A stretch of DNA of 60,420 nt, counting the filler, from Platydemus manokwari (taxonomy: Eukaryota): NCBI GenBank assembly GCA_037951405.1. It is 5 parts of 5 records of this genome, joined end to end, with 100 filler letters (N's around TTAATTAATTAA, not from the genome) between each part and the next. Parts side by side here need not be neighbours in the genome. Positions count along the whole stretch, not along the records: positions 1 to 16,821 come from JBBMOY011140327.1; positions 16,922 to 26,455 come from JBBMOY011235876.1; positions 26,556 to 37,483 come from JBBMOY011046634.1; 2 more parts are not named here. One strand, 5' to 3'. Under the pieces are notes generated by a model, which was not told where the DNA came from, did no database searches, and saw only the letters and a program-made list of their open reading frames with translations. The translations under genes and the position numbers were made by a program. Positions 11,560-27,699 of the stretch are shown here, piece after piece. How positions within the stretch are numbered: position 1 is the first letter of the stretch; every line of letters begins with the position of its first letter.

Positions 11560-14500
11560 AAAATAATTTCCGTGGAAGAGAATTATAGCATTTATGTGGA
11601 TACTCTGATAGAACTTTTATTGTACGAAGTGGAAAAAGAACCAGAAATTTCAGAGCAATCGGCGGCGGAAGTTATGAGTATATTGAAAAACGATAAAGTT
11701 GATTAAATTTGCTTTTCAAACATGACTAGAGAGAATAATTGAATTCTCATTCAGCTTCAATATCACAAATCAAAGGCTCTAATTTGTTGTCAAATGAGAG
11801 GTTTCACGAACGGTTATCGATATTTATGTGAACTTCAACAAAAGTACTTCTGTTTCATTTAACGATCGGTTTTAATTCCATATTGTCAAATAAAGCTATC
11901 TCGAAATTCTAAACAGCTACAAGAAAGAGAATAATATTGATGGGATAATGGACACTTGCCATAGATTCGGGTAATAAAATTAAAATTTATTGTTACGTTT
12001 CATTGTGTACTTCTGTGTGAGAGTGTATGTATCGTTTTTAACGGTGTTTTATGAGTTTATTTGAAATATTAGAAATGGCATTGTTAAAGTTGATTAATCA
12101 AGTCATTTGGTGTGGTGTAATGTAATTATTTGGAAACAAGCCAAGTGAAAAAAGTTTCACCCTACTTCACCAAATTTATGACTGACAGTCACAAGTCAGA
12201 CCCATTGCTTTCAATTCTATTTCTTATGCATATTAATTTTAAATTTGGTTTGTCACTGAATTTAAACAAGCTAATATTTATTATGATCTATAATGTCTAT
12301 TTGCTCCAATCAGTATCAATGAAAATACAGAACCTTTTCCCACTATGTTCACCAATTTATCTATTCGTTATCCAATAACATATATACATGATATTAAGCC
12401 TACATAATTAGTGCTACAGGTGATGTATGATGAATATATGATAAGGTAAACCTAAAGTACATTTTTTAAAATGGCGTTTCATTTAAAACTCATCTTTTCA
12501 AAAATAATATCCAAAATTAAATAGTTATTATATTGATTGCTTATTCTGTTATCAAAAAAAGATGAAAATGAAAATTGGATTAGAAATTCATAAGCTATAA
12601 ATGTGCCAGTTCATCAATATTTTTCCCTCGATACAACATTAATTGAAGATTTTAAGAAGATTCGTAGAAAATATGATGACAAAGAAATTATATGTAAATA
12701 GCTATTAAATTGATGATTGGATTTTGTTGTTGCATCTTGTATTTTCAACCGTAATTTTTCAAATCAGAAATACAAATAGTAGACGTAAATACTCGAGTTC
12801 AAATAACTGTTCTTAAAGCTAAATATTGTCCTGATTGATTTCAAAAGAATGATTAAGAGTCAAATTAATTGAAAATTTATTGTACAGTATTCCTCCTCCT
12901 AACCACCAATTCTTAATCGCCACATTATTCCAAAGATAAAAAAATAAAAAGTTCATTTGATTGTTCTTCTTTATTATTTTTCTAATAAAGAACTCCTGTT
13001 ATCCGTCACATTTTTCCAATTCCCCAAAAATGGTGGTTAGGAGGAGGAATACTGTAGTGTGTTTTGATTATTTTTACATGTTGATTTGGCTTTGTGACAG
13101 TTTTTAATATATTTTGTGACAATATCGGATATTATATTTTGCTATGTTTTATATCATTTTCTGTTATGGACAATTGTAATAAAATAAATGCATGCCTATA
13201 AGTTAAAAATCAATATTTTCTTTATTTTATCCCTCATTTAACATATAATTATGAGTTGAAAAAGCAAGTGACATCCAATGATGGAAACGCTTGGCAGCAT
13301 GACAATATTGTACCGGTATTATAGTTTTCATTCACTTTTCATTAAATCGATTATTTTTTCTTTGATTAAATTTTTCATTATGAAATATAGTTTCAATATT
13401 TGTTGTCGATTTTGTGGATATTTTTTTTATATTTTAATATTTTATAAAATATATTTTTCATTATTAAGTGATCGTGAATCTACTTTGTGGATTGAAGCCT
13501 TAGAATATCTGATTCAAGTGAAAGCCGATGAAAAATATTTTAGCGATGTTATAGAGAGTATATATTGTTTTCATTTTCATTTATTTCTTTGACATTGTAA
13601 AGAATGTTTTTATAATTTTATGAAGAAACAATTATAACTTTCCATTGTAATAACAGGTGTAGCTTTCTCACATATTAATTTAACATCACCTAATCTTCAT
13701 CTGTTTCTAAATAGTCATTGGTTTCTAAATAGTCATTATGTAACGTTTTATTTATTAATAAGGTTTAGTAAAATGCTACAATCGAAATATTATCAACCTT
13801 TTTTTTAATTTTATCAGATTTCACGAATTTTATTTGAGTTTGTTACTTGAATTATTGTCAATTCTATCATGTAGTTCATTAATATTTTGTGTTAATCAGA
13901 ATTGAATGGGATCTCGAATTCATTATTCAATAATTTGTTTATTGGTTGATTTAAACGCACTGGTTAGCACACTCATATACACTATTACTGTCGCTTACCG
14001 ATATCTACTTTTGTGCTTGGATTTTAGTTTTATATAATGATATCCCTCGCAAGCATAATATCTTCAAAGTGATGAACATAACAAATTTACAAAATTGTTT
14101 TTACTTTTTTCTTGAATTTATCCAAATGTTTTAATTTATAAATACTTATTTAAAGTCGTTTTCATTTTTCAACTTAATTTCGACTTATTTTAACAAATAA
14201 TAAACATTTCAAAACATTACAGATATCTTCAACTTAACATCGATCATTTATGATGTATTATCGTTTCTTTTCCTCGAAGTTATAAAACTAATATCGATTT
14301 GTCTATTTTTTGCAGAAATACAAAATGTTTGATTTTAATTAATAGATAAAATTGTCAACCTGGTCATTGAATACTCTACCTATAGATCCACATAAGAATC
14401 TATTATTCTTCTGTCTTTTGTATATCTACTTTATATCTTTTATACATCTTTATATATTCTCAACATCTTCCTCCTTTTCTTCCATGATTTTCAGTCATTG

Positions 14501-15235
14501 ATCTTCCCAGAATCGTATTCTGATGTGTGGTCCCCATGTAGACCACTATTATTTTATAAAACACACATTAAAAAGAACTGAAAACTCATGACACCAAATT
14601 ATCTATATTTAAATACAATTTTATAAACAAATTGATATGATTTTGTATAAAATCTGAATTAAATCTTTAAAAATTCTTACAATAATAAAAGTAATTTTTT
14701 AATTATCGATAGAAATAGAGGAGCATGGATTGATCTCACCACTGTTGTTGTTGGAAAAAATGACAATGAGTTCCCATTCACTCGAATTTGGATTAGTTAA
14801 AGTAAAATTTCGATTATTTTTCTTCATCCAGTTGATTATTTGATTGACTTGTTTTTATCAAGAATTTTGTGTTGCGATATTATGAAAAAAATGAGAAATT
14901 AATCAATGAATATCAAAATGAAATAGTAAAATTACAAGAGGAAACCAAGAAAAATAACGAAACGATTCTCTGTTTGAATACTGAGTGAGTTGAACCGATA
15001 TTTCTAATTCGTTATTAAATTGATTGTGATTCAACAGAGTTAAAGTTTTTCAAAATCTAAAATGTATGATGTGCCACACTATTCTCGATATTCCTTCGGT
15101 TCATTTTTTGTGCAATCATTCGTATCATTTGAAGTAATAAATATTATTGATTTTTCATATAAATATACCATTTAGATGTTTTGAAATGTTTATCGATTCC
15201 AAGGATAAGTGTCCAAATTGTGCACCAAAAACCGA
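11560..15235 (+). CDS. VPS11: Vacuolar protein sorting 11, 3' exons (partial)
   Basis: GT-AG exons 11560-11697 (IYVDTLIELLL), 13469-13557 (STLWIEALEYL), 14713-14801 (IEEHGLISPLLLLEKM), 14863-14984, 15038-15133 (KCMMCHTILDIPSVHFLCNHSYH) and 15176-15235 (CFE...KCPNC) match the VPS11 C-terminus and RING-H2. Some exons were not located. Confidence 0.85.
12885..13054. mobile_element. 170-bp MITE (Tc1/mariner-pogo type) in a VPS11 intron
   Basis: Perfect 24-bp TIR CAGTATTCCTCCTCCTAACCACCA / TGGTGGTTAGGAGGAGGAATACTG, with TA on both sides (12883-12884, 13055-13056). Confidence 0.92.
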
Positions 15236-15414
15236 GTATGAACTTTTTTGTATAAACTGAATATTGGCGAATTATTTCTTAATATCGAATCGCTTAACGA
15301 TTATAATTTATTCCAATTTGGTTAATATGGTCGATTTAGAAAATATTTATGATTTTAAAATCAGGTTTTTTATCATGAGGTCGTGGTTGCATATTCATTA
15401 ACTAAATTCCATCT

Positions 15415-15870
15415 CAATAGCTTTCAACCAATATTTCGCGGAACCCATGGTCTTTACGGTAGTAGACCAATAGGATTGCGAGCCATTTGTGTTCAACTCG
15501 TCCCTAGTTAGTCAAGATAATAAAACAGAAACTGTTTCTTCATAAGTTTTTCTGCATGATAACACTCTTCATGCTTTTCATTTAAAAATCGTTAGTAATT
15601 AGTAATAGTAATTAATAATTAAACTAAAACTGTACAGGTCATTACAATTCATGCTACTGTCAAACATCGGGCCTAATATACGCATGTATTTCACCTGATC
15701 ATATCGTTATATATACCGGCAAGTAAAAGTCAATAATTTCAATATTACTCAACATATTTACTAGTATTATTCACATATTATTTTAATAATAAGATCAGTT
15801 GTATGGGGCTCCATGACGAACTGGGTGTTTGTAAAGGGTTCCATATTAGAGAAAGATTGAAAAATATTTA
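15415..15870. mobile_element. Possible old hAT-type MITE
   Basis: TTTCAACC...GGAACCC near the left end and GGGTTCC...ATTGAAAA near the right end resemble hAT subterminal motifs; termini are eroded. Confidence 0.3.
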
Positions 15871-16821
15871 AATTTGGGTATTATTATTAAATATTAAAAT
15901 GTACAAATTGTACACCTTTTTAACGAATGAATGAATTATTTTGAATCTATAATTATATGCTTATTTACAATTATGTTTGGTGTGTTAGATACTTTTATAT
16001 TTGTAAACATGTTTTGCTAAGCAATATTAACATTATTATAATTAATTTATTAATTATATATAGCATTTATATATATATTTAATGAAAATTTTCTTCGATG
16101 ATGTTCTCAGTTAAATTCTCTTTATGAAAAATCATACAATAACAATCAATCCAGCCTATTTATTATATCCAGTAACGATTATATTAAATGATCCTTGGAT
16201 AATAGATAGATGATTATCATTTATTTCAAACATATTTTAATATGTTCTTCATTATTTGATTGAAAGTCGCCTATAATAAAATACTTGGATATTTAAAAGA
16301 ACCTTATATGAAAGTAATTTTATTTTTGTTTCATGACATCTGTATGGAATGTATCGATATATTTAACTAATCTGATCAGTATCATAACATCCTGATTAGT
16401 AACTCAAGTGAATTGTCGATTGCTCCTTTATTCATTCAATTATGTTTTCTTAATATCTTACTTATCTACATTGCATCTCAACTCACTTGTATTTGTTTCT
16501 TATCACCCAAAATCCATCATAATATTCTCTTCAATTTTTTTTTATTTTTTCAAAATAAAATTCCTGTCATTTACAAACAAAGATTTATATTTTAAATATT
16601 TAGAATACTGATAGATTTCAATCAAATACTCTTGTATCGAATAGGTTCGAAAATTTGTTGACTCTGATTTCAATTCCTTATTACACAATAAGAAATTTTT
16701 ACTGATTAGATTTTATAACGGCAAATTTATGAAGAAATATATTTGTATAATCATTTTTAAATTAAATTATTAATTAATTAATTCGGTACCTGATTTTCTC
16801 ACCAACTCATAATTACATCCT

Positions 16822-16921
16822 NNNNNNNNNNNNNNNNNNNNNNNNNNNNNNNNNNNNNNNNNNNNTTAATTAATTAANNNNNNNNNNNNNNNNNNNNNNN
16901 NNNNNNNNNNNNNNNNNNNNN
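16822..16921. other. Artificial contig linker (44N-TTAATTAATTAA-44N)
   Basis: Identical 100-nt spacer with stops in all six frames, occurring four times in the window. Confidence 0.98.
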
Positions 16922-18619
16922 TGAACAAAGTATTTGACCGAAAAAGAAACCCAAAAACATCATTGAATTTTACATACCATATATAAAATGGTGTTTTGAT
17001 TAACAATTCCTTACCGTTAAATCAAAACGTATTTTATATCTCATTTTTTACCGATTAAAAATTTTCAACATTGGAAATACCATTTGGTCTTCAGATGAGA
17101 TTGACAGATCGAAATCATTTGCCACCAATTTAAGTTGCCGTCCATACATTTATAAGATGGCACCAAATATTAATTAAGTAGATTTTTCATTTTTAATTGA
17201 TGCAGCCAAATGTCGGATTGTATTTTTCAATTACTGTTTTTTATTTGTAGGTTTTTCTGATGATTTCACTGAAATAATTATCTTTTCTCGGTGAACGAAA
17301 AAAATCTTATAAAAATATATCAATCATTTCAAATTTTTTTCCAATATCTTGTTCGACGACAAAAAGCGTTCAAATAAAAACTTTCTGCAGTTGACATGAG
17401 AAAATTTTTAAAAAAAGATTTCAACAAAAAAAATTAAAAATTCGGAATAATTATAAATTTAAAATTCGAACAGTTTTGAATTTGTAATCCTTATGATGTA
17501 CTTTTAAAAATAATATTTAATTTCATAATAAATTAAAATAATAGAATATTTGTTTTAAATTTGTTACGATTTGCACAGGAAGATTATATTTCAACCAAAT
17601 TCAGAGTCAATTATTTATTTATACTATTTTATGTATTTATATCTTTTAAGATTCTTTAAAACATAAATTATCATTTGTTTTTAAGTTTCATAAATCTAAA
17701 CAATTTTAAAATTATGAAATAAATGACATCTCATTTCTTCCTAAAGCTAAATTATTACTAATAAGATTCACCTATTTATAATTCGTATTGAATTCTCATA
17801 CACACAGAAAATTGATTCGAAAAACGTAAGATTTTTATCTTAAATAAAGTCGAAACTGAATTTTGGAACTTCCTTTTTATTAATCTATTTAATACATTCC
17901 GTTTTTAGTATCTATATTTCTCAAATTAGCTGGATTTTCTTTTTTGGTTTTATGGAATAACCTGAAACTTTTTAAATTCGTGTTTCAATTTTTTACTAGA
18001 TTCTACTTCTATCAGTCCTTCTAATTTTATGGACTTGTCTGGTGTAAAATATAAAAGAGATCAAAACCCGTATTAGATATGATCACATTAAGAGCATCAA
18101 GATATCTTTCTTTCGGATTAGAATGAGTACCGGTGGTTTGACTTATATTTGTGAAAAAAATTTGTAAATACATAAATCTTTTCATCATCTCAAATTTTTG
18201 TAAACTTTCCTCACTTTTTAGTTGGAGAATATACTGAGTTCTTAGATCTTACGAAAATCTTCTTTTAATAAGTAGTTTTTATGTAGGAGTCAAGGGATTT
18301 GCTGATTCGAACAAAAAAATCATCTGATTCGTTAGTCTAGTCTGATACATGTCATGGCTCTTTTTAATTAGCAAATTAGATAAGATCTGGAGTCAATAAT
18401 TTAATAATGTCAATGGCAATCTCAGTTACAAAAAACCTTATGCGGAGCCATGGGTATTTTTGCAATATTGCTTTTGTTCAAAATAAGTATACCAATGCTG
18501 TCTGGGCATACATTTTAAAATCAGGTAATGCAAGAGTCTCAGTGCCTTTTTTTATTTTTGATGACTTACAGACACTTTCCGAGAAAATAAAATGACTTCT
18601 CAAAACAGTACTTATCCTT

Positions 18620-18722
18620 TTAAACATCTGATATCGTGGTTTCTAAAAGTGGATTCTGTCAGGATCTATGAGATCAGGACATGCTCCAACTAAGAGAAGT
18701 GAAGAAAGTATAATCGACTTGC
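18620..18722 (+). pseudogene. Possible Tc1/mariner transposase HTH remnant
   Basis: Frameshifted KHLISWFLKVDSV / RSGHAPTKRSEESI resembles the KF..TGSV...RSGRP...EENI motif. Confidence 0.4.
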
Positions 18723-21700
18723 ATAATCGTTCTTGCATAATCGTTCTATTAAAAAATAAGAAATATATCTAGAAATCTTATTTTGATATGTAAATTTTGT
18801 TTTAATATCATAACTTACCACTAACATTTAGTTCGTGAAGCTTAAATGAGATATTTGAATCAAAACTGATAAGATATTATTATTACAAGAAAAATACGAA
18901 ATTTCTTTTTTAATTTCAACAACAGTGCTTTTAAATTAAATTTGATATTGCTATTTTGATAAATCTATACAAGATGTGTTTATAATTTGAAATTCTAACA
19001 TTTTCTACTTTACGAACTTCTCAAAAAACGATTTAAAGTCTGCAAACCTCCAAAAAGATTTAAAGGTAATTTAAGGCAACATATTTGAGATTATTTCAGC
19101 CTATAATTAAACAAATCTATAGAAATGTTTCACAACTAATTAGATTTTTATATAAATTTCTTTATTTACAAACATTTCTTACTTTTATAAAAAAAATCAA
19201 AAAATTTAAATGAAAGCATTTACATTGCACCAATCTGGAACGGTTTAAATTTATTTGTGAAAAATAATTAATTTATATTTATTTAAATAATTTATCTTTA
19301 TGATTTCATGTAATCTATCAAATGATAATTACAAATCCTTCAATTATCCACTTAAGTTTATCATATCAATTTGGCTCCGAGTGTACTAAAAAATACTTCA
19401 CTATCATGATGGCTTGGAAAGGAAGAGTAGACAATAAATGCCCGTTTTGATTTTCAGTTCAACAATATTAATTTCAGCTTATTTTTTAAAAGGCTTACTA
19501 AAATTACTTTAGAACTGAAGAATTAAATAAATAATAAAGAAATTTATTAACGATTTGGATAACTCGAATATTTCAATTAATGAAATGCGGCGAAAAACTC
19601 GGCGAAAACAGAGATAAACAGCTATAAGATTAAAAACCTTTACGAGTATTCCATTTAATTAAATGACAATCAAAAGATACCACGAAGGGTCAAATTTATC
19701 AATATAAGTCAGAGAGAATAATTAGTTTTTTCCCGGAATATATATTAGTATTTAAAAAGAGCTGCAATTTTTTATAAAGTTTTCTCAAATTATCTTTAAA
19801 TTTTTTATAAATTTTAATCGTTTTCTTTTATCATGTGTTATGGATTATTTTGTTAATCGATTTTTAATGATTTTTCCAACAAAATGCTTTATCTTGGAAA
19901 GAATCTCATTGCAACATATCAGATACATCCAAATTTGTTTCATCAAGAAACATGATAGTGTTTTAATCAAGAAAAATTTAATAAGAATTATTAAAAAAAA
20001 TTATTAAAATATTAACAACAGTTTCTTATTGATTCTCCATATTAATTCCGTCAATTCCGACAAAACTCTGATTTTAGCCGCTCACTATATAGATTGTCTT
20101 CAAAACACATTTTTCCATGTGATGTTTATTTACCATAGACGATAACAAATTTCAGCTGTTTGTCTTGCTGGAAGACTGGTTCTTAATGGTTACATTATCA
20201 GTTTTATCTTTGATTTTTCAGATTCTTAACATTTATCATTTTAAACGATTTATCACAATATTATATTTTATAGAATATATAATATTATTTCCAAGTTGAA
20301 ATTGCCATGAAATTTCTTGAAAAAATCATATTCATCATTAATTCAGAGTTAGAATAGTATAATTACAGATAATTATCCGTAATAGTACAATAACAGATTC
20401 ATAAAAGTCACACTCTTATACTATTGGGAATGGCGTAATTAAATTCTCTGGTAACTCTCATTCCTCATTCGAAGTGACTTAACAATTATGTGTAATAATA
20501 CATACTTATGAGTAACCCCAATATAATCAATTTTTTGAATCAAACAGAAAAATTATGTTTTTGATATTTTATTTAGGCAGCTGCAAAAATACTAAAATTT
20601 ATTTTATAAGTATAAAATAACTCATTATAATCATCAAAATATGCAACAATATCAAAATATCTGCGAACATTATTATTATCTTTTATAAGGTCGTTGTAAT
20701 AATAAAGTATTCGATCAATCTATAATGATACTTATTATATATAGAATTCAAGCCAGAAGCCACTGTCTCGATTAAAAAACTCTTGTACTAGCCAAGTATC
20801 CTCCGATATATTTGTATTGAAACCCAAAACCAGTACTATAACAACAACCAGAAAGAAAATAGCCAAGAAACTTTTTTAAAGCGAAAGATATAATCAAAGT
20901 TTTTACCGACATCCATATTTTTTATGGATCTCCAAAATCGATAATTGTCGACCATGAAATTCAGAATTTATCATTCATAACGCAAACTTGATGAAAAATA
21001 CAGAAGCCTTGAGATTCGAAATTGGGAATTGCAGAAATTCTCACAAAAAATAGCAGTTGGAGAAGAATCACGTCTTAATGTAATATATGGATTTCAAATT
21101 AGTAGATAAAGAGTTTTCCATTGAATAATTGATGAGAAGAACATTTTTTATATACTACTCGAATCAGTAGGTCAATCAAACTAGAGATTCGTACGAATTC
21201 TGCACTGTTAAACCACCAAGGATTCAAACATATTCGAAAGAATTTCCTGTAAAAAAGAAAGCTCGACTTCAACGGTCAAACAAGTCGATCTACTTATCTA
21301 AAATTGATTGGAAAACAAAGATTGTTGATAATGATGACAACAATACTCCTTAAACAATTTTGAAGAAAATTTATGATCATCTCAAACCAGCGGGTTTATT
21401 TTACGACGCAGAAACATGAATGCCATTGACTTGAAGTAAAGAGCTCCACGTGTTTAGAAATTGCTATTTAGTTACACTTCTTAGAAAAAAGAAATACGGT
21501 AGATTGTTAAGTGTCCATGAGGAATAATATATGAAATATGATATGTAACAAATATATAGAATATTTAGGAATTCATAAAGTTGATGAGCTCAAATATTTG
21601 GACCTTATTGAGTAACGTAAGATTAAAAAATAAGAATTTAGATTATGTTGTAATTTTTAAAGGAAGAGAGATAGAGATACTTATTTTGGAATAAGAAGAA

Positions 21701-21849
21701 TAAGAATAAATAATTATTAGTGATTAGTCATGGTTTTATTGAAGTATCGATTTGAAGAATTAAGGATGCAGTGAAATATATTAATAAATTGTCGATACAA
21801 AAAGTATTCGAAAAAACACCTTTATTTTTATTAAAACGAAGTATGATCT

Positions 21850-22710
21850 CAGATTAACAAAATTGATCAAACAATTAACTGAAGACCTCGAAAATGTGTT
21901 GAATACCAAGGGCATCGACAATGTGGAAGCCCGTGATTTTCACCAGTCAATTGGGTGCCAAAGAACATATCCGACATTTCGGGAATTGAATAATAGAACT
22001 GAAGAATAGAACTTTCTAGTTATAGATATTCAGGCTTTGTTAGACTCATATGAGGATGTATTAGTTTACTCAATCTGTGTCAGACTTATTGTAAAGTAAA
22101 GCTATATGAAATTCTGCAGTTGCAAGTTGCATTCGGTACTAGTGGAATCAAAGGAAGAACATAGCTCGGGTTTTTACAAAGTTTTCTGATTATTAATTCT
22201 AAAAGTTTATCAAAAGAAAACACTCATTTTGTATAAAGAAATTAAGTATTTGAATATCTTAGGTAATGAAGTAAGGATAAGAACCTATTCTGATTATATA
22301 AATAAAATCAAAGATGCTCTAATCAAAAGTGTTATGACGCAGTTAAATTCATTGCTAAGTCTGTGGAATTATTATCGATTCTTTACTAATTGTTATCTGT
22401 TGATAGCTACATATTTCTTTTCAATATTATCTGAGCACAACCAGAAAATTGAAGGATAAGGTAGTTTCAACAATCTTAAGCATGGGCTATCGAGCGGACT
22501 AATTTTTAGTTTTCCAAATCAAGAAATAAACACTATTTTAAATATATACACGAATTTTGGATGAATTCGAACTGTTTTAGGACAGTCTGATGATAAAAGA
22601 ATAAAACTTTTCACAAAGTACACTCCCAAAACCATCAAAAGTCTTAAAATCGTACATTTTGTTGCCAGAAAGGAATTGTTAGCTGTTGATGAATTCATAA
22701 TTTGTTTTAA
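21850..22710 (+). pseudogene. Highly decayed Ty3/gypsy RT-RNase H
   Basis: Fragments in the expected order: FRELNN, DIQALLDS, KEIKYL, LNSLLSLWNYYRFF (cf. LRSFLGL.NYYRRF), TVLGQ, VARKELLAV. Confidence 0.8.
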
Positions 22711-24199
22711 TAAAAATCGTTTTCAATTAAATGAAATGGTGTCATCAACAATATAATATTAAATCGCAATTATAATATAAATTTTTTAACTTCTCCGAAT
22801 AAAATATCTGACTACATTCTTGTTTGCTTCTGTATGCACGAGTTAATGGTAATAATCAATATAATTATCTATTTTAGAAAATATAAATGTTGATAAGCGA
22901 CTAAATAATTTAAAAAATCTGTCATAAACATTTCAGATAAGCAAGGAATTCCTGTCATTTGTCAATATCGTCATATTTTCATTATTGGTTTTCGATGTCT
23001 TAACATTCATAATCTCTTAATGTACACAAAAAATATGAAAAACGAAAAATAGATATAAAATTCGAATTAAAAATAAATATTTAAAAACTTTTTTGATATT
23101 AAATTTTCAAAAAATAATTGAAAGAAAACTTTTGAATGGGGACAACACAATATTGACTTACATCGAATTTTTATTTTTTGATTATAACAAATTTTATTTA
23201 ATTTTAACGAATTGAAATCATTCATGATTATCTCATTTTAATTTACTTTTCAACGAAATCACTGCATTCAACAATATGAAAATTCTAAAGATCACATTCG
23301 CCTATTGGTCTATAATAATATCAAAATGTCAATTTCCTGCTGTGTCATTTCAGTTGATCTCTAATCAAAAGTGTTTTGTTTAAGTATATTAGGTTAGTGG
23401 TTTTAAAGATCTTTGTTCAACTTAATGAATACGGTCGGTAATAATTGTTTAAATAATACCGTGCATACTCATATAGTGACATACTGATAGGGAAGCAAAA
23501 TGTAACCACAGCAGGTGACCTTGGGCCACTTATGGGAAGTAACCGAGGGCTCGAATCCAGGGGTTAGTGAATTTTGAAATGATTGAAAAATACTGCAATG
23601 AGGTAACAATATCACGGAGTACTCGTTCGGATAATCCAAGGTTCAACTGCTACACTTCAATAATCTTGGCACAGACAAACAAACAGAAAAGTCTAGAAGA
23701 ATCTCGAAACCATTGTTATCACCAATGGCGTACAAGTATGCTTACGCTAATACAGAAGCACATAAAATGTCCAATCAAAATGACAAACAGCCATTGAAAA
23801 TTCATTTCGTTGCAATATATTTGGACAGGTGAACAAACGCCGAGAATGAATGAACATTATCTTCAAAAATCACAAATTGTTATCAAATTTTTAGAAATAA
23901 TTATCGTCAAATGAGAATCAGGTACAGATAATAAACATACAGTCTTAGGCTAAATAATCCATATCGATTATGACTCATTGTTGATTGAACTAATAGATGA
24001 TAACGGTTTATTGAAGAATTTCATTGTTTTAATAACCTTTAATTATTACAGCGCTGTTTTTGACTCGTAAAAATGTCCATAGAATTAAATGGATAAATTA
24101 ATAATTATAGGCTTCATATTGGCAGAATTTGAAGGATTTGATTCATCATTAAAATTTATAACCATACAGGAAAATAAATAATCTTATAAGTAAAATAAC

Positions 24200-25562
<1,363 letters not shown>

Positions 25563-26383
25563 CTAAAATAAAGTAATATTTTGTTATAATTATGAAATCT
25601 TGTACACTTTTAGACTAAATATTCAAGTGAAGACCTTATTTATGTAAATAAAATTTACAAAATATGAAAACTTTAAATTGTGATACGACGTGTAACAATT
25701 TTCAATTTAAGATCAAATTTATCTTTAAGGTATCAAAAAATAATTGTAAGGAAAAACATATATAAGAATTTTATTTCGTTAATGAAATTTTCAATTATTT
25801 AAAATTTTACATAGTAATGACTTGATGAAATTAGATAAAACTCTGACTTACACACATGTTCAAACACACACTCGCACATTAATGTAAGAAAAGAATAAGT
25901 TCGAAATCTAAAATTCTTATTGTGATTTTGACTCTAAGAACTTAAATTCTAATAATTTGTTTTCAATACAACAATGAAAAATATTACAATTTGTATGCAA
26001 TATAATCTTTATTGGATACAGGACTTCTCGTGATTATTGTCAAAAACTTAAGATTGTCCTTTAATTATTTAAAATTCAGAAACTAATTCAGCCTAGCGTG
26101 ATTTTATATTCAACTCTTCTCAATCAAATTATATATAAGATTATTTAATTTGAAATCAAGATAAATTAAAAATCATTATTAAAATTACACTGGTAATGCG
26201 AATTGTTCTTGTTTAAATGTATTATTATCAATTTAACTTAATAAATTAATATGTTCAATTTCAATTTTTAATAAACATCGTAGCCATATTTAAGTGTATT
26301 GACCATGTTGAAGAACAATCAACATCTATCATGAAATCAAATGATGAAAATGGACACGTGAGTGATTAATAGTTATTTTTGTA

Positions 26384-26455
26384 TTAGGTTGGTGCAAAAA
26401 TAATGGCCTTTTTTAAATTGGCTTTTCATTTTTAAATATTAAATTGAAGATCTTA
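26384..26455 (+). mobile_element. Mariner element end (cecropia/Hsmar1-like TIR) at the contig break
   Basis: TA followed by TTAGGTTGGTGCAAAAATAATGGCC resembles the Hsmar1 TIR TTAGGTTGGTGCAAAAGTAATTGC. Confidence 0.85.
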
Positions 26456-26555
26456 NNNNNNNNNNNNNNNNNNNNNNNNNNNNNNNNNNNNNNNNNNNNT
26501 TAATTAATTAANNNNNNNNNNNNNNNNNNNNNNNNNNNNNNNNNNNNNNNNNNNN
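26456..26555. other. Artificial contig linker
   Basis: 44N-TTAATTAATTAA-44N. Confidence 0.98.
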
Positions 26556-27000
26556 TCTTATTCTCTTATTCATGTAAATAATTATCTTAAATTGTGCAAA
26601 ATTTATTTTAAAACTTAAAAAACCCTATATATCTCGATACTCTTGTTATAGGTCAAAGAAAATTTGAATATATTATTTAATACGTCGTCTGCAGTTAAGA
26701 AAGAGGTTCTTTGATCTACTTTTTGTAATAATGAACTTTCTAGCATGAGGTAATTTTGTAATTTAATTTTATATGTAATTGAGATGTTTGATTTATTCGC
26801 ATAATTCTGTTAATGTCTCACGTTATAGGATGTCTAATATCGACAAAACACAGTTTTTAAAGCAAATTGATATGTTAATCACAACACTTTTACATGATTT
26901 TTTGATTTTGCAAAGTGAGATTTATTTAATTACAAATGAACTTCGGAAACTCATGACATGTTTAATATCTTAGCATAATTTGTAAAAATTTAAAGGATGC

Positions 27001-27242
27001 CTCAATTTGCTCCAAACATTAAAAAAAAAGCTCCTCGCTAATTTTCAAAAAATTGCAACTTATCCTAATTTGATCCCTTTTTCAAAGAATCTGATTTTAG
27101 GAGATTTTGAAGCTTTGATTTCAAATAACAAAAATTCTTCTTAAGTATTTAAATCAAACATTTGAAATGTTTTTAAAGAATATAATTAAATAAACTCTAT
27201 AGATTTTTGCAATGCTCTCGACAAATTAAAAATTTTATTTTA
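27001..27242. repeat. Dispersed repeat, reverse-complement copy of 8921-9180
   Basis: Collinear reverse-complement similarity over ~240 bp. Confidence 0.8.
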
Positions 27243-27665
27243 AGACTTAGTTAATTTTAGGAATAAGTTAATAATTTAATGGAGGATGGAATTTAAAAAT
27301 TTTAAAAACCTTAAAAAATGATATCCAAAAATGTTCTCTTTTATTGGTAACTAAAATATTGTAACGAAGTATAGCGATCGCTGGGCAAATCTATAAGGTA
27401 CGAATAGATACAAATAAAACTGATAACTCATCTTATTTATTGTCACTCACATAAAAAAAGAAGTAATAATGAAGCTTTTTTTACTACAACAACATTAAAA
27501 CCAACGATAAAAATAATTTACACTGAAATAATTAAAGCAACGATAACAAATAAATACCAATACCTTTCAAGGTGAACAAAATTTTCGAGAATAACAATCA
27601 ATCATGTTAGGTGGAGAGAAATTTCAAGACATTGCACAGAGAAAACGAGAGGGTATTTCAGACGT

Positions 27666-27699
<34 letters not shown>
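27666..27699. repeat. Compound microsatellite (TA)n(TG)n
   Basis: Directly visible in the sequence. Confidence 0.95.

Noticed and set aside
16866-16877. TTAATTAATTAA palindrome repeated four times, as a regulatory or recombination site
   Set aside because: Always centred in 44N+44N; it is a synthetic six-frame-stop spacer.
23460-23835. Open plus-strand stretch as a gene antisense to TRPC
   Set aside because: No recognisable motif or consistent splice model.
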